Source of the DNA: Selaginella moellendorffii
Taxonomy: Eukaryota; Plantae; Lycopodiophyta
NCBI RefSeq assembly: GCF_000143415.4
Contig: NW_003314298.1
Coordinates: 1,534,602-1,598,601, forward strand
Reading direction: 5' to 3'
DNA length: 64,000 nt
Shown: positions 1 through 10,670 of the stretch, in pieces
Numbering within the stretch: the first letter of the stretch is position 1
Layout of the letters: every line of letters starts with the position of its first letter
Program-made: the position numbers and the translations under genes
The notes under the pieces: generated by a model
Seen by the model: only the letters and a program-made list of their open reading frames with translations
Databases searched by the model: none
What the model was told of the DNA's origin: nothing

Positions 1-413
1 AATTGTTGATTCAGCAACATGGAAGAATTTGCGGCTTGGGCCACGAAGATCGTGCGAAGCGACGTCCAGATTTCAGCAGCGGTCTTGGTGAGATCAATCA
101 GCGGCAAGAATTCATCGCTCAATCCCAAGCCAATGACGGTGATGGCTTGCTGATTGCGAAAATCCCAATCTGATTGTAGCGTCTGCTCAGCGGGACGAGG
201 CTCAGTCCCATCAACGATGTTCCACGCTCGTTTCGCAGAGAGGATCAGCCTGATTCTTGTCGCCCATGTGAAGAAATCCGTGCCACTGAATTTCTCCACC
301 TTCTCTGTGAAAGCCACGAGAACTTGAGCAGCAACCGGTGTCGGCGGCGGCGGCGGCGGCAGCGGCGGTGGTGGTGGGGGCGGCGGAGGTGGTGGTGGGG
401 TTGAAGCGGCCAT
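1..413 (-). pseudogene. Copia gag N-terminus (5' part, continues off window)
   Basis: Not in the ORF track. From ATG 413 the minus strand reads MAAST(P)n...VEKFSGTDFFTWATRIRLILSAKRAWNIVDGTEPRP...WDFRNQQAITVIGLGLSDEFL, a typical Copia gag (DUF4219/UBN2) start. A PBS-like TGGTATCGGAT lies at 464-454. Confidence 0.8.
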
Positions 414-464
414 GACAGCAACGTCAAATCAACCAACCAAGATCGTCCCCGAAATCCGATACCA

Positions 465-1431
465 TGTTGTGAAGTTGACCTCTGTGCGAGTGATCCTTGC
501 ACTGGCGGCCAAGTACGACCTGGAACTGCACCAGTTGGACGTTCGCACTGCTTTCCTGCATGGCAAGTTGAACGAGGAGGTCTACGTCACGCAACCACCT
601 GGATTCGTCAAACCTGGTGAGGAACATCTTGTTTGCAAGCTGAATCGCGCCCTGTATGGGCTTAAACAATCCCCGAGGGTTGGTTTGAACGCATTGATGC
701 GTTCTTCAAGAGCCTGGGTGTGTTCCTCTTGCAGTGGAAGGAAACGTGTACCTGTACAAGTGTGGTGACGATTTTCTCCTGGTTGCTGTGTACGTTGACG
801 ACTGCATTCTCGGTGCAAAAACCCGCCACCTGCTGGACGAGATGAAAAATAAGCTGAGTGAAGAATTTGAGATGTCTGACCTGGGCGAGCTTCGCCATTT
901 CCTTGGCATCCAAGACTGCTCTCCCGTGGCCACACCTCTTGCGGTCAATCACAAACTCAGCCGTGACATGGCCCCTGTCACAGAGGAAGAACGAAGGCTT
1001 TCGCTCGAGTATGCGTTCTTGCTCCATGGGGCTGCTGTGTCCTGGAGCAGTAAGCGCCAGCCGCTGGTGGCTCTGTCCTCGACAGAGGCAGAGTATATTG
1101 CCCTAACCACTGCCAGCAAAGAAGCGATTTGGTTGACCGAGTTCTGCCGTGACCTGCCCCAGATTCCTGCTTGCACCGGCCCTATGGTGCTGTTCTCGGA
1201 CAACCAAAGTGCTCTTGCACTGGCCGCCAATCCTCGCTTCCATTTTCGGATGAAACACATCGAGATTCGTTTCCACAAGTCCAAAATGGAAAGTTGTTGC
1301 TGGAATATTGCCCCACCGAGGCAATGGTGGCTGATATACTCACGAAGGCTTTGGCTCGAGACTCCTTTGAACGCCATCGCGCTGCACTGGGAGTCTGCTC
1401 TCCATCTGTTTCGGCTGAGTGGGAGGGGTAG
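465..1431 (+). pseudogene. Copia reverse transcriptase / RNase H remnant, frameshifted with internal deletions
   Basis: Motifs QLDVRTAFLHG, LNRALYGLKQSPR, VAVYVDD, VSWSSKRQPLVALSSTEAEYIA, DNQSA, KHIEIRFH and MVADILTKAL are spread over 3 frames. Confidence 0.9.
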
Positions 1432-2009
1432 TCGTCGCAGTCTCGACCAGCTGACGTGGCATGTCCACGTGGTCATGAGTTATGTCCCTTTGAGTCATGC
1501 AAAAAGAGTCGGAACACAATGAACGAGCTCATGAGTGTTATGTCCATCCCTTTTAACATCACAACAACCACTGCGATCGCCCGGGGCCGTGAGGATCGAC
1601 GAGCTCGCGGTGGCTGTGGAGCTTGCTGGCACGAGCGTGGGCGACGAGGATGGTGTTCCAGGCGATCGGATGCTCGAATTCTGGGAGACGAGGCTGTGCT
1701 CCGGCATACGATCGAACGTCGTCCGATTCGGCGGGCGTGGACGAGCACAGCGCTGGCAAATGGCGTGAGAATGCAGGTCAGATCGTGCTGGGGCATCACG
1801 TCGCGGAAGAAATCCTCGGCCTGGTGGATCATCCCCCCCAGCTGCGCGTACATCGAGGTCCAAGAAACAAGATCCCTGGCCGGCATCTTGCGAAATATCC
1901 TGCGCTCTGCCCGGATGGACGGCGGCGCCAGGATCGAGTTCCAAGACTTTTCTTTCTGTTCTTCTCCAGTTTATTTTTCATTTGCTTGATCATTGGACCC
2001 CGCGCCAAT

Positions 2010-2720
2010 CAAAGTGGTGACTTTTCTTTGGCAAGGGGCAAAGTGGGCGCGGTCGAAGATCAGGGTGACTTCAGTACATGTTAGGCCTTCACGACTGCGG
2101 ACGGGGTGGCCAGTTCTTTTGGGATTTATCATCCCTCTCCAGGGCGTGCCGTGGCTCTCCAAGCAGCAATTGATTAACCGTAATGCCAAAAGTTCGTGCC
2201 TTTGCTTGAGTTCTTTGCTTAGCAGATAGTTCTACAGGTTTCGACCACAAAGGTAGTGACTTTGCATTCGATGTGGAACGAGGCTTGGTGCACAAGGCAG
2301 ACTACCCATATATCGGGATGAAACAAGACTGCCAATGTAAGAAAAAGAAAAGTCTGAAGCACGGTGTGAAAATCGCGGGCTATCGCACGTTTGGAGGAGA
2401 GCGGAGGATTCTGGAGGAGTTGAAGATTCAACCTGTTGCAGCTACGGTCTGTGCATCGCGGGACTACCTGAGACATGGATCCGGCAGTCTTCGAGCTGCA
2501 AATTACACAGCTGGTACTTGCCTCCACACAGTACTTGTGAGATACTTTTCATTAACGTTCCTAGCCTGATAAGTTGTTATTTCAAAAGGTGGTGTTCCTT
2601 TCCTTTCTGGGTACTTAAAAACTCGTATGGAACGAGTTTTTGCGAGGACTATTCAATGCTGTGGCGCAAACTTCCCCTCTAGACTACCACTATGTGGATG
2701 GCCAGTGGAAGGAGTAGTGA
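2010..2720 (+). pseudogene. Papain-family (C1A) cysteine protease pseudogene
   Basis: Fragments GKVGAVEDQGDFSTC*AF (CWAF with TAG at 2082-2084), LSKQQLI, DYPY..C, VKIAGY, QPVAA, LHTVL (catalytic His region) and FWVLKNSYG (catalytic Asn region). Confidence 0.75.
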
Positions 2721-3859
2721 GCCCATCCGATGAAGGCGATCAAGAGTCCAAACGGTAGTGAAGAAAACGTGCTGTTGAAAACTAGAAACTTAATCTCGAG
2801 TCCTTTGAGTTGGACCCCGCCCCGTCCTCCTCTTGCAGCAGCCGAGCAGCATCTCAAAACCCCGGTAATGCGCCAACAACGAAGACCGACGGGGAAAACT
2901 AAAGTTTGGGGTTTTCTCTATGGGTCAACGAAGTGTCAACGTAGTCCCCTGGGCTGTTGTTCTTAGAAAAAAAAACGAGTGGAAATCCATTGCTAGTGCT
3001 AGTAGTGATTCACATGATGATAAAGTTGGGATAGCAAATTGGAACGCGTGAAAACTTTCATTTGCAATTAAGGGATATAGTAAGGCACTTGTTTAGCTTG
3101 TGAAAAATTTCGCAATAGGAAGAGCATGCATTTTGGCTGGTGTTGACTACGAACTCTGAAAAGAGAGAAAAGAAAACATTAAAAGAATGCCTACCCGTCA
3201 GTGGCTCCACAGGCTGGGGTCGCTAACTGGCTACATTTCAGTCCCAAACGATCGATGAATCCAAGAGAATGACAAGGAAGAAGAGCTTGGATTTTGATCA
3301 CTTCTAAACAACTTCCACGAAACCGTCTCCTGCAAGTCCTCGACACTTCTTGTTGCTGTCCACCAGAATAGTGATTCATGGCTCACTGATCAGAAAGTTC
3401 CATGAGCCTCCCGTCGACCCTCGCTTGGTCCCCAGCATTAACAACCATGTTTTCATCTCTTTATGATAAATTTTCATATCAAAAAGTTCCTCAAGGAATA
3501 GGTTATAATATGTATATCGAGCTTGTAAGAAAAAAAAATTGTTATGTTTAGTAGTATTATTTCTAGTTATTAATCCAATTGATCAAATAAAAATTTATAA
3601 TTATAAACATGTTTATAATTTATAAATACAAGATTAATCTTATAGAATAAAAACCCTTAGATGGTAGAATATTCTAGAATATCCAAGCATATTCTAGGTA
3701 TATTTATTAAAATAGCACAATAGATCACTATTCACTATGAACCATAAAAAGTTTACCAATATAGAGATAATGTCTAAAGCCAAAAAATATATACAATAAC
3801 AAATAAATCTTACTCATAAGTTAAATATTTTTCTTAGCATTATAACTTTCATAAATCTT

Positions 3860-4480
3860 GCATAAACACCCAAGTCCATATTCATCAGTATATATATCAT
3901 ATGACCATGTCACACTAAGCATTGCAAGCACTAAAGTTGTTCAAGATATCTAATCTCTTCTTAGAAGAAACTCAAATTTAGATAATTTTAAATAGAGCTT
4001 GTTATCCTTTAAGAGTTGTATTCATAGCCACCTTGAGCTTTGCAAAACTATCTTGCTCAATACTTTCTCATTGAAACATAACATCTTTCTTGAGAAGATT
4101 AGTAAAAGGAATAACAATTTGTGAAAAAGCTTGAATAAAGTGACAGTAATAATTTATTAAACCCATAAAACTGTGCAAATCTTGTACCTTAAGCACAAGG
4201 ATCTGGCTTAATGCAGATAATATAGTCTTAAAAATGTCATACTTAGGCTTCATAGTAAAAAATTTGCTTTCACAAAGCTTTTACAGACCTTGCCAAAATA
4301 GCACTATAGATTAGAATGTCATCCAAAATATTTTATGGATATGTCATCTTACTATTCTTCAAATATTGAATTCAAGAGCTTTGAGAGCATTTTATAATGT
4401 ATTCCGATTATAAAAGTGAATATTTCACTCTAAAAGGTAGATTATGCTTAATGTAGCTGCCAGTGGTGGCATGCCTTTAT
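3860..4480 (-). mobile_element. Highly decayed Ty3/Gypsy RT-RNase H fragment
   Basis: DLHSFMGLINYYCHFIQAFSQIVIPFTNLLKKD...SFAKLK matches the RT thumb consensus. The region is AT-rich with many stops. Confidence 0.65.
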
Positions 4481-4636
4481 ATCCCAATTCCCATGTGAAC
4501 TAGTGCAACACATAAAGTTTCTAAGAAAAAATCAGCACTGGCACTTCAAAAACTCCTTTGGATCTGTACCTTTAAAGGTGAAATCGAGAGCATGAGCCGT
4601 AGGATTGTTTTGTATCCACGGTTGTAGTGAATCCAG

Positions 4637-4817
4637 AAAATATCTTGGCAAAAAGTGGCATATGCCCTCGTAGATATGTGAAATCCTTTGGAGAACTCCC
4701 ATTGGCCCAGGACACGTGGACAGTGAGCTGGCCACATGGATGATGACAGTAGCTTGAATCGCCACCGTCGCCGGTAATATCTGCGCTTTTTCCACGCAAA
4801 AAGCCGTCGAAATATCT
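4637..4817 (+). promoter_or_regulatory. ELF3 promoter: evening element, G-box and EE-like sites
   Basis: AAAATATCT at 4637-4645, CACGTG at 4713-4718, AATATCT near 4777 and AAATATCT at 4810-4817, all within 430 bp of the ELF3 ATG. Confidence 0.6.
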
Positions 4818-5061
4818 CTGTCCGTACGAGACTACCGTACAATTTTGGCAGTGGCCAATTGGAACGAGTTTGTTGATCCTTCTCTCTCACTCATCTCTCT
4901 CCATTCTCTCTTCTCTAGCTTGGCACTGGCGGCCATCGATCGATCTTCCTCCGTACCTCTGGTGCCGCCCATCGATCCAATTTCCATAGGGCAAAGATCC
5001 GCGCTCGCGCGCTGATCAATCTTGTGATGGTCCGCCCTTGAGATCGAGTCGAATTCGTCCG

Positions 5062-7956
5062 ATGACGAGCAAGGGGAGCTCGAGGGAAGGGCGGGGAGAG
5101 AGCAGCCGTAGCAGCCATAGCAATCACCACGGCAAGGGGCAGAGTAGGGCAAATGCCGCGGTAGCAGAGCCCTTGTTCCCCAGGGTTCACGTTAGCGACA
5201 CCAGGAATGGCCCCAAAGCGCCGCCTCGCAACAAAATGGCGCTCTACGAGCAGCTCACGGTTCCATCGCAGCATTTTCTCCAAAGGCAAGCCTCCGGATC
5301 GGTGTGGCCGCCCATGAATCCAGCCTACGCTTCCCAGGTACTCCCAAAATCTCGTTTTTCTCGTGAATTTGGCTGGAAGGTTTTGTTCTATTTTGGATTT
5401 GGCTGAAGCTTTGTTTGCTTTCTCGATTTCTTGCTTGGTTTCGGGAAGTTTTTGTTTGCTTTCGCGGTTTCTTTCTTGGTTTCGTGAATTTGGCTGTAAG
5501 CTTTTGTTTGCTTGTGATCTAGCTAGGCTGCTAGGAAGAAAAAAAAACTGAGAAGTATGAAAGGTGATGGCTAGAAGCTGATTTTCTGGTCATGACTTTG
5601 CAGGGAGCACGTATTTAAGATAAATCGTTTGGATCTCTTGCAGTATGCACCATTTGCCAGCAATTGCTTCACACCATGCTTCGTTCCTCCGGGGCTGTCA
5701 TTCCACCACCATGCCAGCTCCACGGATGGAGGAACAGCGTCTCAATCCATGGGGGCGCCGCTCGGCAGCCAAAAGAGCATGGTCATGGACTCGGAAGTCG
5801 ACAAGGAGCTGCAAAGAGTTCCTCGAGTCGTGGACGAGAACAATCCAGTTGGAGGTGGTGGAAATGCTGCTACTCCTACTACCCCCTGTGCTGCTCGACC
5901 AGTTCCCTGCGCAAAATCTTCGTCCCAACAACAACAACAACATCCATGCGCAAAATCTTCGTCCCAACAACAACAACAACAACATCCAAGCGCAAATACC
6001 ATCGCTGCCGCCACCGCTAACGTCGTGAACACCACTATGGCCAACGCCACCCTCGCCAACGTGAACAAGAGGGTGAGGAACGAGGACGATTTTGCCGTGC
6101 CGACTTACTGCTTCCCGAAAGATGGCAAGGGGGTGGAAGCTGGCAGTGGTAGCAAGCAGCAGCAGCAGCAGCATAGCAACACGAGGAGTGAGATGAATGC
6201 GAGCAAGAGCTCGGCAGCTGAGATCGTGGAGAGGACTGTGCCATCTTCGGCTGGAGTTTCTTCTTCTCCAGCTGCTGTTGCCGGTGTTACTGCTGCCGCT
6301 GGTGGTGGTGGTGGTGCTGCTACTGCTGCTCCGGGCGTGATTTCTCCGCACAAAGGTCATACGGAACACATATCCTCGAGCAATATCTGCGAGAGTGCTG
6401 CAGGCTCGGACAACCAGAGCGACGATTTCTTCCAGTCACTGCACGAGGAGCAAGTGAGCGGCGATGGGGATTCCAACGCTTCCATCGTCGACCCGTTCGG
6501 CAAGATCGCGGCGAGGGACGTTGTTGGAGCCGTCGGGGAGAAGGAGTTTTGGAAGACGCGCAAGACGATCTTAAGGTAAAAAAAGTCTTTTTTCTAGTCT
6601 AGATGTTGAGAACTTCATTCACACGCAGGCAGCAAAGGATATTTGAAACGCAGGTTTTTGAGCTCCATCGTGTTGTCAAGGTAAACAGAGCACCAATTTT
6701 CTCTTCTTTCATTGCTCTTTGTACAAAAGGTGGTGTTTTTTAAGCCGTTTTTCTCGCAGGTGCAACACTTGCTAGCCGAGTCTCCAAAACTCTTGCTAGA
6801 GCCCGATCACGCCAGGTTCCATCTAGCCCAACCTCTGCGGATCACGCACGAGATTGCTACGCCGGCGGAGGAACGCCTGTTAGCTCATCCTCCAGTAGCA
6901 GTCAGAGGATCTAACAAAGATCAAACAACAAACTTCACCACCGCTCAAGCCTCGAAGCCGCCCTACAATCCCAAGGACCAACACCGCCAGCAAAGATCAT
7001 ACTCCACAGCACCAGCGGATATCTCTCCTCGAGAAGCTCCTCCACCACCACCAGCTGTAACAGCAACACTCATAAACACATGCTCGAGCTCTCCAGCGCC
7101 GCCGCCGCCGCCGCCGCAGATGAACTCGAGCTCCACCACCACCACCCAAGGCATGACTTATCAAACGTTCCCGGGGGCCGCGAACTCCTGGGGGTTCGCC
7201 ACCTTCCCGGCTGGCAACCAGTGGGCGATGCTCCCACCCTCCTGCCAGCCTTACGTCTTCCAGCCGCCGCCAAACGCCGCTCAAATGCTACCGGGTTACG
7301 GTGCCGCATACCAGCCAGTCTTCCACAACGGTGCAGGAAGCTACGAGTTATTCCCGATGGTTCCACGCCCGCCAAGGATGCAAACCGCCGAGATGCAGCC
7401 CGTCTACTGGCAGCAGCCCATGTACCCGAGCGTCCACTCCTCCGGCTGGTACGCTTTTCCTCCGCAGTTCTTCGACTCCTCCTCGGTACAAACACCGCAA
7501 CCTTCAAAGCTTCCAAAGTCGGCGAACTCGACGGTCATGTCCCCGATGGATCTCCAGCAAGAGCAGCGGCAGCAGCGGCAGCAGCAGCAGCAGTATCAGC
7601 AGCAGCAGCAGCAGCCAAAGTTCCCCGGCTCGACGCACAACAGTGACATGTCCTCCATAGCTCAGAGCTCCGACTACCATCACTTCCAGCAGCAGGAGCA
7701 GCAGGAGAAGAGAGGGCCCGAAATGACACAAAGGTGGATTGAAGGCGAGCACCAGCAGCACGGGGTGAGTTACTCGCTGCCTTTCTCGTACGTTCCTCCA
7801 TCGGAGAGGCACGAACAGCAGCAGCAACAGGGTGGTGGGGGTGGAGCAGGATTTAATGGAAACAATGGGGCCATGAAAGTTGTACCTCGGGCTGTAATGG
7901 CCACGCCCGAATCAGCAGCTGGGATTCTCAAGTCAATCCAGCGAGAGCGACGCTGA
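5062..7956 (+). CDS. ELF3: EARLY FLOWERING 3 circadian clock protein (4 exons: 5062-5337, 5644-6575, 6629-6680, 6760-7956; about 818 aa)
   Basis: Block [35 protein letters not shown]; block [45 protein letters not shown]; C-terminal MKVVPR...[17 protein letters not shown] introns keep the frame (2457 nt). Confidence 0.95.
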
Positions 7957-8723
7957 AGAAGAGTAAGAAATCCAGAAATGTAATGTAAAGAAGCAGCAGC
8001 TTAGAAGCTGGAGGACAGCTGAAGAACAGCTCTCATAAGTAATCTTTTCTTTTTAAAATCTTGGTGTTTTTTTTTTCTATGTGCTGATCTTGTTGTCCTG
8101 TGGCAGTGGATAAATGGAAGCAGCAGCCAACATGGTGTAACTTTGTTTTTTGTATGCATCTTTTGTTTTACTAAAGAAAAGAGATTTTTAGGGGTGACTA
8201 TACCACCTACAGACAGCTCCAGAAGGGACATCATGCAACATGATCCTTGCAAGAACTCCTCTCTGTTTTTTTTTCTTCCTTTTTTCTCTCTCTCTCTCTG
8301 ACTGCTTTTCTTTTTTTCTCTTTTTTTTTCCTCTCTGACTGCTTTCTTTTTTCTCCTTTTTTTTTTTTTTTGAGCTTGGTAATTCACCTAACAGTCATGT
8401 GAAGTGTACAGTGGCTCAGAACCTTAAAAATCCTAAGAAGAATGTTGTGTGAAATCCTTCTATGGTTGATAATATTGGATGTGAGCTTCTAGAAATGATG
8501 TGTTGAAAGTCAAGCATGTCTCTCTGGAAACCTGTATAAAGTCTTGCAAAGATTGGACAAAAAAGGAGCATGTTTGATTCTTGGAGATTTGTAGACAAGT
8601 TCTCTTGTAGTTGTAAATATTACCTTTTTACAAAATCAATTTTTTTTTTTTTACTCTGAGAAATAGTTTTTTGGAGTATGCTTTGGTTGTCACAGAGATT
8701 CTTTTCTCTTTGTTTTGCAGCAA

Positions 8724-9665
8724 TCACATGAAAACTTCTACAGTCTTGTTTGTAGATCCAGAGAAGAATTTGGAGACTTTTGCTGGGCCAATGCAAGCCG
8801 GGACGTGAAGAACTGGCACGAATCCACCGCCGCTTGCCCTGTGATGCAGGGGAGTCGCGGGAGCGCTCCTCGTGAAATTCATGTCCATCGCCAAGGATGG
8901 CGATGGTGGGAAGAAGCTGGCAATCGCCCTGTTCTTCCTTTGCTGCTGCTGCTTGCTCTTGGAGTGGTGGTGGTGTTGGTTATGGTGATCGCCAACTTGG
9001 GCTTGAGCGGCCCTGGAAGAAGTTGGTACTGGCGATGGCGATGATTCCTTCCTCCCGAAAAAGATGTTTCGGAGAAGATTAGAGCTCGATGACGCTGGCT
9101 TTGACGAAGGAGGAGGAGGAGGAGGCGGCGGCGGCGAAATTGGAGGCGTGCTGTGGCTTTTCTTTAACGCCACGAAGAAGAAATCCTTGAATCGCCTCGA
9201 GCTTCTCCCCCGGGGAGGATAGGACGACGACTTCTGGGTCGTGGGCGCCTTGCCACTGCCCGAGCTGCTAAAGTAGGGGCTGGGCGGCGCGGATCCCCCC
9301 CTTCTCAGCGTGTTGAGATCCTTCACCATGGCCATCCTAGACATGGGCTCCAATGGCAGCATCTTGCCGTCGTAGAAGAGCTCGTCGGCTGGAAATGCGG
9401 TGGAATCGGTGCCGCCGCGAGGGGATTTGGGCCGGATGAACTCGAAATCCGCGGGCTGATCGCCGCTACTGCTCGCGATTGGCGCCGCCGCGGCCGCATC
9501 GAGCTGGAGCTGCTGGAGTTGCTGGACCTCCTCCTGCCTGGCCAAGAAGCTGGAGAAAGAAACCCTGCGCTGCGATTCCCGGCTCGAAATATCCACGAAT
9601 TCCTCCCCACCATGGCGCAATCGCGGCGTACCGGTGTCGTGCTCCGGGATCTGTATGAGCGCCAT
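8724..9665 (-). CDS. Intronless Ser/Pro-rich protein with the PADELF motif (MAKR/BKI1/DUF1645-like)
   Basis: 313 aa ORF with DFEF...FPADELFYDGKMLPL, a basic patch and C-terminal PVLHVPAC. Confidence 0.75.
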   Translation of the reverse strand: MALIQIPEHDTGTPRLRHGGEEFVDISSRESQRRVSFSSFLARQEEVQQLQQLQLDAAAAAPIASSSGDQPADFEFIRPKSPRGGTDSTAFPADELFYDGKMLPLEPMSRMAMVKDLNTLRRGGSAPPSPYFSSSGSGKAPTTQKSSSYPPRGRSSRRFKDFFFVALKKSHSTPPISPPPPPPPPPSSKPASSSSNLLRNIFFGRKESSPSPVPTSSRAAQAQVGDHHNQHHHHSKSKQQQQRKNRAIASFFPPSPSLAMDMNFTRSAPATPLHHRASGGGFVPVLHVPACIGPAKVSKFFSGSTNKTVEVFM

Positions 9666-10670
9666 CGCCGAGCTCGCGCGATCGATTGCCGATATTGTGG
9701 ATCTCTCTCCTCTCTCCTCTCTCTCTCTCTCTCGACGCGCTCGATCACGCTGTAGAAAAACCTAGGTAAAGAGCAAGAGTGATATTGTCTACTATGGGCC
9801 TTTTAAGAAAATGGACATGGACAGTGGCTTTAGTCACACGTTAGCTGCGATTCCAAGAGCTTCGTCACGACATCGCCCGGAAGGTTCCAGTCGAGGGACG
9901 TCGTTGGTTCGATCCAGGTCGTGGGCGTGGCCACGCGGCGCTCTGGTATTTTGACTCGTGGCAGAGCCTCGGCCGTTGGTTTGACGCTTTTTTTCCTCTT
10001 TGTCATTTTCGATGTGATCACGGACAATCCAGATGTGTGTAGTTTAACTGATGTCGTGATTGATATTGAGAGGAAAGGTGGCGAAAAAGCATAGAAAAAT
10101 TTCTGATACACTGTGGTTGTCAAGATATTTGGTAAGGTTGTTGTGTGAATGGCACAAGAAGTCTCTATAGACACATTGATGAATCCACCCACTGTCAGTC
10201 ATGGTTGATCCAATCATACACTCGTTATTAAATTTTTGGCCTTTAGACGTAACCCTAATCCTTTGTCGGACTTGACGGCGCCGTTATTTGACGACAGGCT
10301 GATTGACTGACGGGCGCTTGTCGCATTCCCGCCGGGGAAAACTTTTGTCCAGCCTGTCAACGGTCAGATTGGAATAAGTCCTTGGCCCGACTTTCCGTCC
10401 CGGAAGACCCACCCTCATTCTCCTCCTTTATTGGTGACAAGCGAAGAACGAAGAGAAAAAAGAGGGAGGAGCTCGTGCTCGTGGCGATCGATCGACGCGC
10501 GCCAGCGATGGCCGGAGATTTTTGACTCGAAATTCTCTTGCCGGATGAGCGCCACGTCCCGAAAGATAAGTTTTCACGCTCGGATTCTCAGGCAGGGCAG
10601 CCATTTCTATCTCCTCGCGTCTGGGATCTAAGATTTCCAAGGCTGGGCGAGGATAGGGTTCTTGGGATTC

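Larger units (their letters stand above)
1..1566. mobile_element. Degenerate, internally rearranged Ty1/Copia LTR retrotransposon relic (runs off left edge)
   Basis: Gag and PBS lie on the minus strand (1-464). RVT_2 RT and RNase H lie on the plus strand (465-1430). A PPT GAGTGGGAGGGG at 1417-1428 is followed by a putative short LTR ending ...TCACAACA at 1566. Confidence 0.85.

Noticed and set aside
2082-2084. Stop codon repaired by RNA editing in the papain gene
   Set aside because: Other frameshifts are present, and plant C/U editing is organellar and cannot turn TAG into TGG.
8001-8387. Lys-rich minus-strand ORF
   Set aside because: It is the antisense of T-rich low-complexity ELF3 3' sequence.
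9830-9900. F-box-like WNLPGDVVTKLL fragment
   Set aside because: Too short, and the motif does not continue.
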